Origin: an uncultured archaeon
GTDB taxonomy: Archaea; Iainarchaeota; Iainarchaeia; Iainarchaeales; VGJJ01
Direction of reading: 5' to 3'
NCBI GenBank assembly: GCA_964363635.1
Contig: CAYIIU010000002.1
Location: 768-64,767, forward strand
DNA length: 64,000 nucleotides
The translations under genes and the position numbers were made by a program. The number at the start of each line of letters is the position of its first letter. Positions within the stretch are counted from its first letter, which is position 1. This document shows, piece by piece, positions 8,366 to 16,718 of the stretch. Below the pieces are notes generated by a model. The model did no database searches. It was not told the DNA's origin and saw only the letters and a program-made list of their open reading frames with translations.

Positions 8366-8920
8366 CTAATCACTATACACCTGCAGCGTGGCGATAGCGC
8401 CCTGCGACTCATACACGACGGGGAACGTGACCACACTCACTTGATTTTTGTCCACGGGGCTTATTCCAGCGCGTGTTAAAATATTTTTATTAGCATCCGA
8501 AATACTAATGAAAAAATTAAGGTCCTCTATTCCCAATCGACGGGCCAAATCCGGGTAATTAGTGGCATTCCAATCCAAAAAAGCATTCCACTTTTGGGGA
8601 GAGATTTCGACACCATTGTCGGAGACCCCCACGCTCCACACCCCATTTCGATCGGTGTTGGTGTCCCAATACGCAGGGTTTCCGGGACTGCTGAATAATG
8701 TAATGGCCGTGCGGACGGCACGCTGCGTAGTCAAATAATTTTGATGCTCATCCGCGGATTGGTTTTGCAATTGCTGCGTGAGAGCGGAAATAATGGTCAT
8801 GACAAAAAGGAAAATGACAATCGAGAGGAGGGCATCCGTTGAATAGAGCTGTCCCCGCGTGTGAATACGATGCGAATGAGCGGGCGGTGTTGGGATATGA
8901 TTTGGTGGATGGCAGTTCAT
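8366..8920 (-). CDS. Archaeal type IV pilin-like protein (start uncertain)
   Basis: It contains RGQLYSTDALLSIVIFLFVMTIISAL. Its stop at 8366 abuts the next start at 8364. Confidence 0.6.
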   Translation of the reverse strand: MNCHPPNHIPTPPAHSHRIHTRGQLYSTDALLSIVIFLFVMTIISALTQQLQNQSADEHQNYLTTQRAVRTAITLFSSPGNPAYWDTNTDRNGVWSVGVSDNGVEISPQKWNAFLDWNATNYPDLARRLGIEDLNFFISISDANKNILTRAGISPVDKNQVSVVTFPVVYESQGAIATLQVYSD

Positions 8921-9354
8921 GGCTGCACCGCCTGAACGACTAATGAACCATTAGCATCTTTTTGAATCGTAAAAAAGTTTCCGTCGTATAACGGGGGAGT
9001 GGACCATTCCAAATAGGGGATGCGTGACGAAGCATACCCTCGCGCGCTTTGCGCTTCGACGAGACCGTTGCGCAATTGAATAGTCTGCGTTTCCGTTCCT
9101 GCGGGAATAAACAATTGCATTTTGCTCCCAATGGGGGCGCGGGACATTTCAATAATGCCATTAGCCAAAATTTCAGCCGAACGCTCCACGGACTGCTGAG
9201 ATCGAATAGAATCTGAAATAATCATCTGCTGGGCGAAAATGGAGAGGGATATTGAGAGAATAATGAGGAGCAGAGGCAGAATGATCATTATTTCTACTGT
9301 GGCTTGTCCGCGCTTCAAAAATAGTTGTACGGGAATCATCGTTCGTTCCTTCAT
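8917..9354 (-). CDS. Archaeal type IV pilin-like protein
   Basis: KRGQATVEIMIILPLLLIILSISLSIF matches the [KR]GQxxxE class III signal pattern (PF04021-like). It has 4-nt overlaps with both neighbours. Confidence 0.7.
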   Translation of the reverse strand: MKERTMIPVQLFLKRGQATVEIMIILPLLLIILSISLSIFAQQMIISDSIRSQQSVERSAEILANGIIEMSRAPIGSKMQLFIPAGTETQTIQLRNGLVEAQSARGYASSRIPYLEWSTPPLYDGNFFTIQKDANGSLVVQAVQP

Positions 9355-11591
9355 GCCCCATTTTGGTCAAAAATCAAATTCATGTCTGTGAAACCGGTGA
9401 ACCAGTCAATGTACAAGTGAGTGGAATTGGGAATGTTGATGTATGACCCATTATAGCGGTACTCGGAATTGATAAGAGCGGTGGAGAGCATGTCGAGTGT
9501 TCCTGTCATGGGCGCATTAGGATTGACCTGATATTGAGGCGACATTCCCGGAACTCCGGGAACATTGTTTGCCGGATACCAAATGCGAAGGTCATTGGCG
9601 CGCGTGCTTCCTGAGACGGCGCCAATGGCAATAATCCATGCGTTGGAGCTGTTCAAGTCATCTGCGACGCGCAAATACACATTTCGGTCCCCGCTTCCCG
9701 CAAAGCTGCGGAGTTTGAATTCATTCACATCGGTTTGTCCAGCCGAGGGATTGGGCCGTGAGAATGCGAAAGGGGAGATGTTGAAGTCGCCGAGTAAATA
9801 ATTAAACGTATTGCGCGGCCTTGCATGAGCGGATGGGGGAACCGCACTTCTATTTCCATTCGTGTCTAAAAATTCGATGGAAAAATAGTAGGTATATCCC
9901 ACATTCAAATTATCAATGAGCTGCGATGAGGTATTTCCCGCAGAGAAAATGCTTCCCGTGTATGTTGCACTGGCCGCCGCGTCAAAAGCTGTTTGCGTGT
10001 TGATGTCGGTGGTTGCATAGCGAATGTCAACACTGGAAACGGTCCCCGTCTGATTATCATCTCCGGGGAAAGTGAATGAAACCACTATCGATTCGGCGCT
10101 GGGCCCCCCGGCGGCGGAAAAACTGGTCGGAAGGCCGGGTGGAATAGCATCCCCAATGCATCCGTTTCCCAAAACGGGACCGACATACGTGGAACCATCT
10201 TCGAATGTGAGAGCGGGTTGAAACTGCTCGTTGTTATCCGAAATGTTTCCTGAAAAAATGAGCAGGTTGTTCGAACTAATGATAGTTGCGGAAGGAATAT
10301 TATAATCGATGATATTGATATTCGCATCGTCCGCTGCGCTTCCGCTCGAATAAACAAAGCTCCCTCCGAATTTAATGTCAGTCAGGAGAGAATCGTTTTG
10401 GTCGCACTTGGACCAGCCTTTGACGGACATGGAATTGACGGTAATGCTTTTTGTCGGATGCGCGTTTTCCAGCGAAAAATCGAGAAGCTGCGTGCCGGAA
10501 GTATAGGCATTATCCCATGACCAAATGAAATAATTATTCATCATTCGAACATTGGAAGTGAGGCCCAAGATGGTATTATTGGCCCCCGTGTAATCGGAAA
10601 TGGCCAAGGAACCAGTGTACGTTCCTGCCGCAGTACTGGCCGGGACGGCCAGCGTGACATTCACATCCATGCACGATGAACCATCGAGCTGTGAAATGGT
10701 TGAAACGGCAGGATTAATCCACGTGCCGGGGGCATATGAAGAAGGGGTGAACGATATGGATTTGATGGGGGTGCTGCCCGTGTTGCACAATTGAATGGAT
10801 TGCGTGTTGGTGTCCACCCCCAGCGTGTTAAACTCGAGAGCAGATGGGATGACGGTCAGCAAGGCTTGTCCCGCTGAAAATACTTCCACGTTGATAGGAA
10901 TGGTCAGTTGTTCGATGCTCCCACCCAAATTGCTTGAAACCAAAAGGTTTCCCACATAATTTCCCTGAGCGGTCCCTCCAGCACTAAGATTGATATCCAG
11001 CGAATAACTCCCCCCCGATGTAATGACTTTATTGGAAAGGGGGAGGGATGCCCCAACCAGTGTATGCGTCCACGCCAGCGAAAAATTGACATCTGCACTG
11101 TTGGAGCCGGTATTAGTGAATGTCACTCGTGTAGATGTGTTGGAATCGCGCGCCATGGCGACGTAAATGCTTTCTTTGTCACTGACGAGCGAAACCAAGC
11201 TAATGACTACGTAGTTCGAATACGAAATAAGACGGATGCGCTGCAATCCTTCTGATGTGGGGACACCCCCTTGAAGCGATGGCACAGCAGTGGCCGAAAT
11301 GTCGCTTCCGTACAATCGAAGAATAATAGACGTGTTTTGCAACCGCGAATTAGCCTCATCAATTCCTGCGGGAAATGGAAGAATTATTTCACGCACATTC
11401 CCCGGGCCCGAGCGATACACGAGGTTGATTTCCCTCACGAGGCGGTTGAGGCTATTTTGGGCCAAATGAATGGCTTGCTCTTTCTGCAGATTGGAAACGT
11501 GCTCGGTGGTAAAATTAACCAATGCAGCTAAAATAGCGAGGGAAATGGCAAGAACCATCAACAATTCCACACTCGACTGGCCTCGTTTCAT
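9351..11591 (-). CDS. Giant (746 aa) pilin-like adhesin with a class III signal peptide
   Basis: The N-terminus is MKRGQSSVELLMVLAISLAILAALVNF. Beta-sandwich-like segments follow (VTFTNTGSN, QLCNTGSTPIKSISFTPS) and an Fn3-like block (FTFPGDDNQTGTVSSVDIRYA...GYTYYFSIEFLDTNGNRS). It is a paralog of 11691..13997. Confidence 0.8.
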   Translation of the reverse strand: MKRGQSSVELLMVLAISLAILAALVNFTTEHVSNLQKEQAIHLAQNSLNRLVREINLVYRSGPGNVREIILPFPAGIDEANSRLQNTSIILRLYGSDISATAVPSLQGGVPTSEGLQRIRLISYSNYVVISLVSLVSDKESIYVAMARDSNTSTRVTFTNTGSNSADVNFSLAWTHTLVGASLPLSNKVITSGGSYSLDINLSAGGTAQGNYVGNLLVSSNLGGSIEQLTIPINVEVFSAGQALLTVIPSALEFNTLGVDTNTQSIQLCNTGSTPIKSISFTPSSYAPGTWINPAVSTISQLDGSSCMDVNVTLAVPASTAAGTYTGSLAISDYTGANNTILGLTSNVRMMNNYFIWSWDNAYTSGTQLLDFSLENAHPTKSITVNSMSVKGWSKCDQNDSLLTDIKFGGSFVYSSGSAADDANINIIDYNIPSATIISSNNLLIFSGNISDNNEQFQPALTFEDGSTYVGPVLGNGCIGDAIPPGLPTSFSAAGGPSAESIVVSFTFPGDDNQTGTVSSVDIRYATTDINTQTAFDAAASATYTGSIFSAGNTSSQLIDNLNVGYTYYFSIEFLDTNGNRSAVPPSAHARPRNTFNYLLGDFNISPFAFSRPNPSAGQTDVNEFKLRSFAGSGDRNVYLRVADDLNSSNAWIIAIGAVSGSTRANDLRIWYPANNVPGVPGMSPQYQVNPNAPMTGTLDMLSTALINSEYRYNGSYINIPNSTHLYIDWFTGFTDMNLIFDQNGA

Positions 11592-11610
11592 GAGTACACA
11601 AAAAACAAGA

Positions 11611-11625
11611 CTCTTTATATTTCAC
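11611..11625 (-). promoter_or_regulatory. TATA-like box for the 746-aa pilin-like gene
   Basis: The minus strand reads GTGAAATATAAAGAG, centred about 26 nt upstream of ATG 11591, consistent with a leaderless archaeal promoter. Confidence 0.45.
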
Positions 11626-11690
11626 TCGACCTTTTTAGAAAAAAGCCTGGAGAGAGGCCATTTGGATGGGTTTGCGTACTGGCATTGCCT

Positions 11691-13997
11691 TTATGAAGAA
11701 GGCCCCTCCATTATCTCATCGCCGAACGAGTTGTTGAAAACGATGTTGAAATCGGTGATTCCATCCAGAATATCGATGTACACGTGGTTGGGCCGGCGCA
11801 TCAGCACTCGATTACCCCCGATCCGATAACCTGAGTTGAATACATCCGTATCCAAGAGGTCGAAGTGGCCGGACGTGGAAAAGGATGAGTTTCCATCGTA
11901 TTGGGGGGTGGCCGCTGGAATTCCACTAGCATTTCCAGCCGGATACCATATGCGCGAGCGGCTCATGGTGTAGAGGCCGGTCCCGCCGTTTTGGGTGAAT
12001 GTAATCGCTCCAATCCAGGAATGATCGGTGTTGTAATCATCCACGATCCGGATCACCATATTATTATCCGCTCCCGCAGCGGCCACCGAAAAAATGTTCA
12101 AATCGAATTGAGTGATATCGGCAACGTCTATTGGTGCAGGGGTTGGTATTTCCGGAGAAAAATTGACAAAATTAAAATCGTTTCCCGACCATGAAAAACG
12201 ATTCCATGCGACTGAATTCGGCGAATTCGAATAACCACTATTATTGTCCACGTTGTCGAAAAAGAGGGCGTAAAAATAATATTTCATCCCCACGTTCAAA
12301 TCCGAAAAAACCCAACTAACAGGGGTGCCTCCGGGAACGATCCCTTGGTTGGGGTCAGTGTAATAGACATCCGGATAAATCACGACTGAATTTTGATCGG
12401 GAATGGGTGATTGCGTGAGAGAATAGTTGAATACGTATGACGTGGCGAGACCGGAATAATTATCATCCCCCGGAATCGTGAACTGAAGCTGAACGGATTG
12501 GGGTTCCGGACCGGGATTCGCCGTCAAGTTAAGGATGGTTGCAGGAAATGTATTGTCATCGTCGCAGGATCCTCCAAACGTACTGGTCGTGAATTGCGTC
12601 CCATCCGAAAAATTTACATCGGCCACGAAGGGCTCATTCTGATCCTGAATGTTATTGCTGAACGAAAGGGCATTGTCCGCGTAGCTGGTCAAAATAGGAA
12701 TATTAAAGTCGGTGATGTCTGCGGTGTTTCCATCTTGGAGCGAACCGATGAAGCGGCTGGTGTTGTTCACAACTAGGCTGTTCCACAATGAATGCTGCGA
12801 ATCGCACGACCACCATCCTCTCAGCGTGACGGCAGAAATTTGAATGGGTTTTCGTCCGCGATTGGAAAGAGTAAAGTCGTAAATGGATTGCACGCTCCGG
12901 ATGGCGGGGCTCCAGTCCCATGAAAATACGCTGCTCATTCCCAACACATTGATGGTTACGGGAACGGAAATTGCATTCGCGCCCGTGTAATCCGAAATGG
13001 ACAATGACCCCGCAAAAGGGCTGATGGAATTGGTGGGCACGGACACGTTTACATCAATCGTCCGGCAAGTTTGTGCATTCAGCGAATCGATGGTGGAAAA
13101 AGAATTCAACCATGAACCGGGGGCGCCGGACGATGGAGTGATAGAAATGGTCTTGATGGGGGTGGTGCCGACATTGCATAGTTGAAACGTCGTGGAGTTG
13201 GTGTCGATGCCGAATGTGCTCATGGAAATGGACGAGGGGAAAGCCACCAAATTAGGAGAAGAGCCGACGTTCACATTGACTTGAATGGGAATGATGAGCG
13301 TTTCCACTTTAGAAGGAAATGCTGCCGTCACCGTAATTTTTCCGGCGTACGTTCCCACGGCGGAAGCGCTGGCGAAAAAATTTACATCAAATGGCAAAGC
13401 GTCTGCTGCGTCAAGTATCCCAGAACTCGGACTGATAACAATGTTCACATCGGGGTATGACCAATTGGAGGCAATGGCAATGCTTGCTTGGTTGGCCGGA
13501 ATATCATTCGTCAAATGATTCGTGAGAATGACCGTCGTGCTCGAACTCGTGTTTCGGTCAAGAGAGGAAAAGATAGAAGTGGGATTTGAACTAATGTCTA
13601 ATTCTCCAATCATGACAAAACCATCAAAGGCGCGCACGCGGATATTCTGCAAGCCCGAATTGGTTGGGAGTGTTCCCACCAAGTTTGGAATGGCCGTTCC
13701 CGAAATATACGACCCATACACATTCACAATGATAGAGTGGTCTTCAATCCGTGTTCCAGTCGTTTCAACCCCCTCCGGCCACGTCAATTGCAAAAACCTC
13801 GTCGCCCCCGGACCCTGCGTGTACAATTCATCCGCCGCGTCGATAAGCATTTGAACGGACAACTCGGCCGTTTTGGCGGCACGCTGTTTTTCAATATAAT
13901 TCACTTGCTCTGCGGTAAAATTGACTAAAACGGCAAGAACAATGAGCGCAACGGCAACGATAGTCATTAATTCTATGGTGGACTGCCCTTTATCCAT
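11691..13997 (-). CDS. Giant (768 aa) pilin-like adhesin with a class III signal peptide
   Basis: The N-terminus is MDKGQSTIELMTIVAVALIVLAVLVNF. Blocks shared with the 746-aa paralog include QLCNVGTTPIKTISITPSSGAPGSW, SLSISDYTGANA, FTIPGDDNYSG and RIWYPAGNASGIPAATPQY. Confidence 0.8.
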   Translation of the reverse strand: MDKGQSTIELMTIVAVALIVLAVLVNFTAEQVNYIEKQRAAKTAELSVQMLIDAADELYTQGPGATRFLQLTWPEGVETTGTRIEDHSIIVNVYGSYISGTAIPNLVGTLPTNSGLQNIRVRAFDGFVMIGELDISSNPTSIFSSLDRNTSSSTTVILTNHLTNDIPANQASIAIASNWSYPDVNIVISPSSGILDAADALPFDVNFFASASAVGTYAGKITVTAAFPSKVETLIIPIQVNVNVGSSPNLVAFPSSISMSTFGIDTNSTTFQLCNVGTTPIKTISITPSSGAPGSWLNSFSTIDSLNAQTCRTIDVNVSVPTNSISPFAGSLSISDYTGANAISVPVTINVLGMSSVFSWDWSPAIRSVQSIYDFTLSNRGRKPIQISAVTLRGWWSCDSQHSLWNSLVVNNTSRFIGSLQDGNTADITDFNIPILTSYADNALSFSNNIQDQNEPFVADVNFSDGTQFTTSTFGGSCDDDNTFPATILNLTANPGPEPQSVQLQFTIPGDDNYSGLATSYVFNYSLTQSPIPDQNSVVIYPDVYYTDPNQGIVPGGTPVSWVFSDLNVGMKYYFYALFFDNVDNNSGYSNSPNSVAWNRFSWSGNDFNFVNFSPEIPTPAPIDVADITQFDLNIFSVAAAGADNNMVIRIVDDYNTDHSWIGAITFTQNGGTGLYTMSRSRIWYPAGNASGIPAATPQYDGNSSFSTSGHFDLLDTDVFNSGYRIGGNRVLMRRPNHVYIDILDGITDFNIVFNNSFGDEIMEGPSS

Positions 13998-14170
13998 AGC
14001 CGAAGCACCCTTTTGGGGCTTTTAACCGTGATGCTAAAATGAGCACATATCAAATTACATTTTTCGACTATTTTCTATCCTTTTTTTCTTTTCGGGTTTC
14101 GAAAGATAATTTTCGTTTGACACAATCGGCCGGCCTAATTCTTGTTCAGTTTCTTTCCGCGCATTGCCCG

Positions 14171-15037
14171 CTATTCTGCCTCCCGTTTCGCGGCATGTTC
14201 CAATTTTGGAAATCCGCGCGCATCTTCATTCCGCGTGATTTCGGTTGTGACCCGTTCTCCCAGCATATTGAAGATGAGCTCTAAATCATTCGGCCTTTTT
14301 AGAAAAAAGGCCGGCGAAAAAGGTTGATACCTCGCCCTTTAGGGCGACCTTTGTCGCCCATTGTTTGGCGAGCGAGCGCGCGAGCAAGTGACGTTCTTGC
14401 CCATATGGATACCGTGGCCTTTAGGCCACGGAGGAAGTCATTCATGTGGTCGCGCACGTTTTCTTTTTTCAGTCCTTTGAAATCCCTGTATTCGTTGTGT
14501 GTCATCCCAAATGTCGCTTTTGAAATCTCCGCCGTGAGGATGGCGAAATCTCTTCCTTCTTCCACTCCTCGTTTTTTTCCACTCGCTGGTTAATTCATCC
14601 CGGACCACGATGCCCCTCACTCTCTTTTCGATCCAATCTTCTGAATACCCCTTTGCGCGGTACGTTTCTCGTATCCGTTTTTGGGCCAGTTCCGGATCTT
14701 CAATCTCCTGCACGCGTTCGTATCCCACTTTTGCCAGCCATCGCTTGAAGGGTTCAGCTTTGGGAGATGGAATGGATTGGATGATGCGAAACATATTCTG
14801 AGTGTTGGCACAGTCCGTTTCGTATAATTTACCATCCGAAGAGGGCAATTTCAGTTGTAAACAAAATGTTAACAACTGAGTTTCCCGTCCTTTGAGAACA
14901 CCCCAATACTGTCGCGGGGATGGGCTTTCAGTCAAAGCCTCTACTACATCTACCACCGAAAAATGCCATTCTTTGTTGTGCCAAACCCTTCGAATTTTTT
15001 TATCCTGAAAAACAACCAGTGCGCTTTCTTGAGTCAT
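14171..15037 (-). pseudogene. dinD: dinD-like (DNA-damage-inducible protein D / Bro-N domain) gene, disrupted twice
   Basis: N-terminal VVFQDKKIRRVWHNKEWHFSVVDVV...IQSIPSPKAEPFKRWLAKVGYERVQEIEDPE is DinD-like. The frame breaks at the T7/A7 run 14572-14578, and one fewer A restores EWKKRGVEEGRDFAILTAEISKATFG. A 152-nt element (14291-14442) splits DHMND|LELIFNMLGE, and the remaining ORF continues to a TAG at 14171. Confidence 0.75.
14291..14442 (+). mobile_element. MITE copy A (about 150 nt, hairpin-ended, TCATT-flanked; IS200/IS605-derived PATE-like)
   Basis: The left flank is TCATT. The element reads CGGCCTTTTTAGAAAAAAGGCCG, then GATACC-TCGCCC-TTTA-GGGCGA, then GATACC-GTGGCC-TTTA-GGCCAC-GGAGGAAGTCATT. 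Near-identical copies lie at 24584-24736 and 33000-33154. Removing the element plus one TCATT restores the dinD frame. Confidence 0.75.
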
Positions 15038-15326
15038 ACAACCACCCCGCGATCATGATATGTACTTGGTTGAAGGGAATAAAAACACGCGGAAGCCAAA
15101 CCGCCGAAAATGGGTATTACCCCTATCTGGGTCGATTTAGGCCAGTCTTTTATAAAACGCTCGAACCCCAAATGGTCTAGAAGACTAATTTAGAGCTTTG
15201 AAAAAGGGTTCCAGACCTTCAAACTTTTTAGAAAAGTTTGATCAAAAACGGTTTTGATGAACCTTCATTGCAAACCTAAAGGCTTGCGATGCCAGCAACG
15301 AAAGTTTGCTTGGTTTTCAAAAGTTT

Positions 15327-15341
15327 GCAGCGATGGCGGAG
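15327..15341 (+). repeat. Duplicate of the first 15 nt of tRNA-Ser
   Basis: GCAGCGATGGCGGAG is identical to 15420-15434. It is directly preceded by TTTTCAAAAGTTT, the same palindromic element that abuts the 5' ends of tRNA-Arg and tRNA-Leu. Confidence 0.8.
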
Positions 15342-15419
15342 CAGTCCGGCAGCCTTTTAGGAAAAGGCTGGCGAAAACTGGGGAAAACCCCGGGGAAAAC
15401 TGTGATGCAATTGCTGAAT

Positions 15420-15503
15420 GCAGCGATGGCGGAGTGGTCTAACGCGCCGGTCTGGAAAGCCGGTCTCCTCACGGAGGCACGAGTTCAAATCTCGTTCGCT
15501 GCG
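15420..15503 (+). tRNA. tRNA-Ser (anticodon GGA), class II, CCA not encoded
   Basis: Manual cloverleaf: acceptor GCAGCGA/TCGCTGC, 3-bp D stem GCG/CGC, anticodon stem CCGGT/GCCGG with loop CTGGAAA, long variable arm CTCC-TCAC-GGAG, and T arm ACGAG-TTCAAAT-CTCGT. Confidence 0.9.
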
Positions 15504-15616
15504 TCACTCCTTTTTCTTTTTGAGAAAAAGAAAAAGTGTGCGGCCAGTCAAAAAGAAAAACGAGGGGTATTTCTTTGAAATACCCCGATCTCGGTGTAGC
15601 CGGACGAAAACGGCTG

Positions 15617-15638
15617 TTCTAAATCTCGTTCGCTGCGT
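15617..15638 (+). repeat. Partial duplicate of the tRNA-Ser 3' end (T loop to discriminator)
   Basis: TTCTAAATCTCGTTCGCTGCGT compares with TTCAAATCTCGTTCGCTGCGT at the genuine tRNA 3' end. Confidence 0.8.
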
Positions 15639-15804
15639 ATCAAATAGAAATCAAACGCACTCGAAGCCTTTTTATCCAACCGAAGAGGATTGAACGATAT
15701 GCACGAAGACACATTATACCACAAAGACTTTCAACAGAGCCCTTTCAACAGAGCCGTGGATTCGAGTTTGTAATAAATTGCGTAATCGTCTCACTATACT
15801 CAAA

Positions 15805-16416
15805 TTATCTTTTGCGTGTTCTTTGATAACCCCTCCGATGGATCGTTATTTTGGAAGGGGTTGGTGCTCTTGACCATCGAGCCAGTTTATCTATTAACTT
15901 TTCGACTGCTCGTGCTCGCCGCATTCGTTCCGTGCTTGATTCTGGATTTTCTCCTTTTCGTGAAAAACCAACTTCAGCAAAATTACCTTCTTTCATAAAA
16001 CCATCAAACGTTGCTTGCTCTTCTCCTGATAATCTTTCTCGCATTTGAGAAGCCCATTCGTGGTCTTCCAATTGTTGAAAACCCCCATCTGTCGAAATAT
16101 TTCTCACACGCTTCAGTGGAACAGCTCGCGATGCAATCTTTCTTGATACAATCCTTCTTTTTTGACGAAGTGTTCTAAAGGTATTAATCACCGCCCGCTT
16201 GATGTAGGTCTCTCGGTCAGCAGCGGTCTCTCCTCGCATGCCCGATTGTAATAATCGCAGGCTTGTTTGTTGAGCTAAATCCTGCCATGCTACCTTTCGG
16301 CTCCCTGTTTGATTATTAGTCACACGTTGAGCATAATCAAGAATGAATGGGAAATATTCTTCTATGCGCTTTCGTGTATCTGGAAGAATGGGTGTTCGAA
16401 CTTTTGAAGTTGGCAT
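15805..16416 (-). CDS. ECF sigma-70-like protein (region 2 plus region 4 signatures)
   Basis: Region-2-like: WQDLAQQTSLRLLQS...ETYIKRAVINTFRTLRQKRR. Region-4-like: LSGEEQATFDGFMKEGNFAEVGFSRKGENPESSTERMRRARAVEKL. Confidence 0.6.
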   Translation of the reverse strand: MPTSKVRTPILPDTRKRIEEYFPFILDYAQRVTNNQTGSRKVAWQDLAQQTSLRLLQSGMRGETAADRETYIKRAVINTFRTLRQKRRIVSRKIASRAVPLKRVRNISTDGGFQQLEDHEWASQMRERLSGEEQATFDGFMKEGNFAEVGFSRKGENPESSTERMRRARAVEKLIDKLARWSRAPTPSKITIHRRGYQRTRKR

Positions 16417-16718
16417 ATTTCAGTCAGGAGACGGAAGAATAAAAAACAGAGCTAAAACGACTATTTGTTTAATCTGAGGAATTAAACTCAAGAAGAAGGC
16501 ATTATCGCCCAATTAATTTGGTGTGGAGCGCGGATAAAGCTCCGTTTGACCAAACCAAAGCTAAATCGAGGAGTTTTCTTCCAAGGAATAGAGAGATATT
16601 CAGACTCTGTCAGATAGAACTTTTCGCGGTAGATGGTCATTTCAGTTGTAAACAAAATGTGTACAACTGATTTTCGTTCCCTTTGAGGACTCAATACCTA
16701 TATGTAGGAGGACGTTGC

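Noticed and set aside
14291-14313. The N5-TTTTTAGAAAAAA-N5' palindromes interpreted as BRE/TATA promoters driving a ~130-nt ncRNA (the MITE core).
   Set aside because: This is possible but unsupported. The palindrome is part of the inserted element, lies directly after stop codons, and gives oligo-T on both strands, so termination is the simpler role. I kept it as an open question in the findings rather than annotating an ncRNA.
15254-15693. Three plus-strand ORFs (62-91 aa) across the tRNA-Ser locus.
   Set aside because: They run through the tRNA and the repeat modules, so they are not coding.
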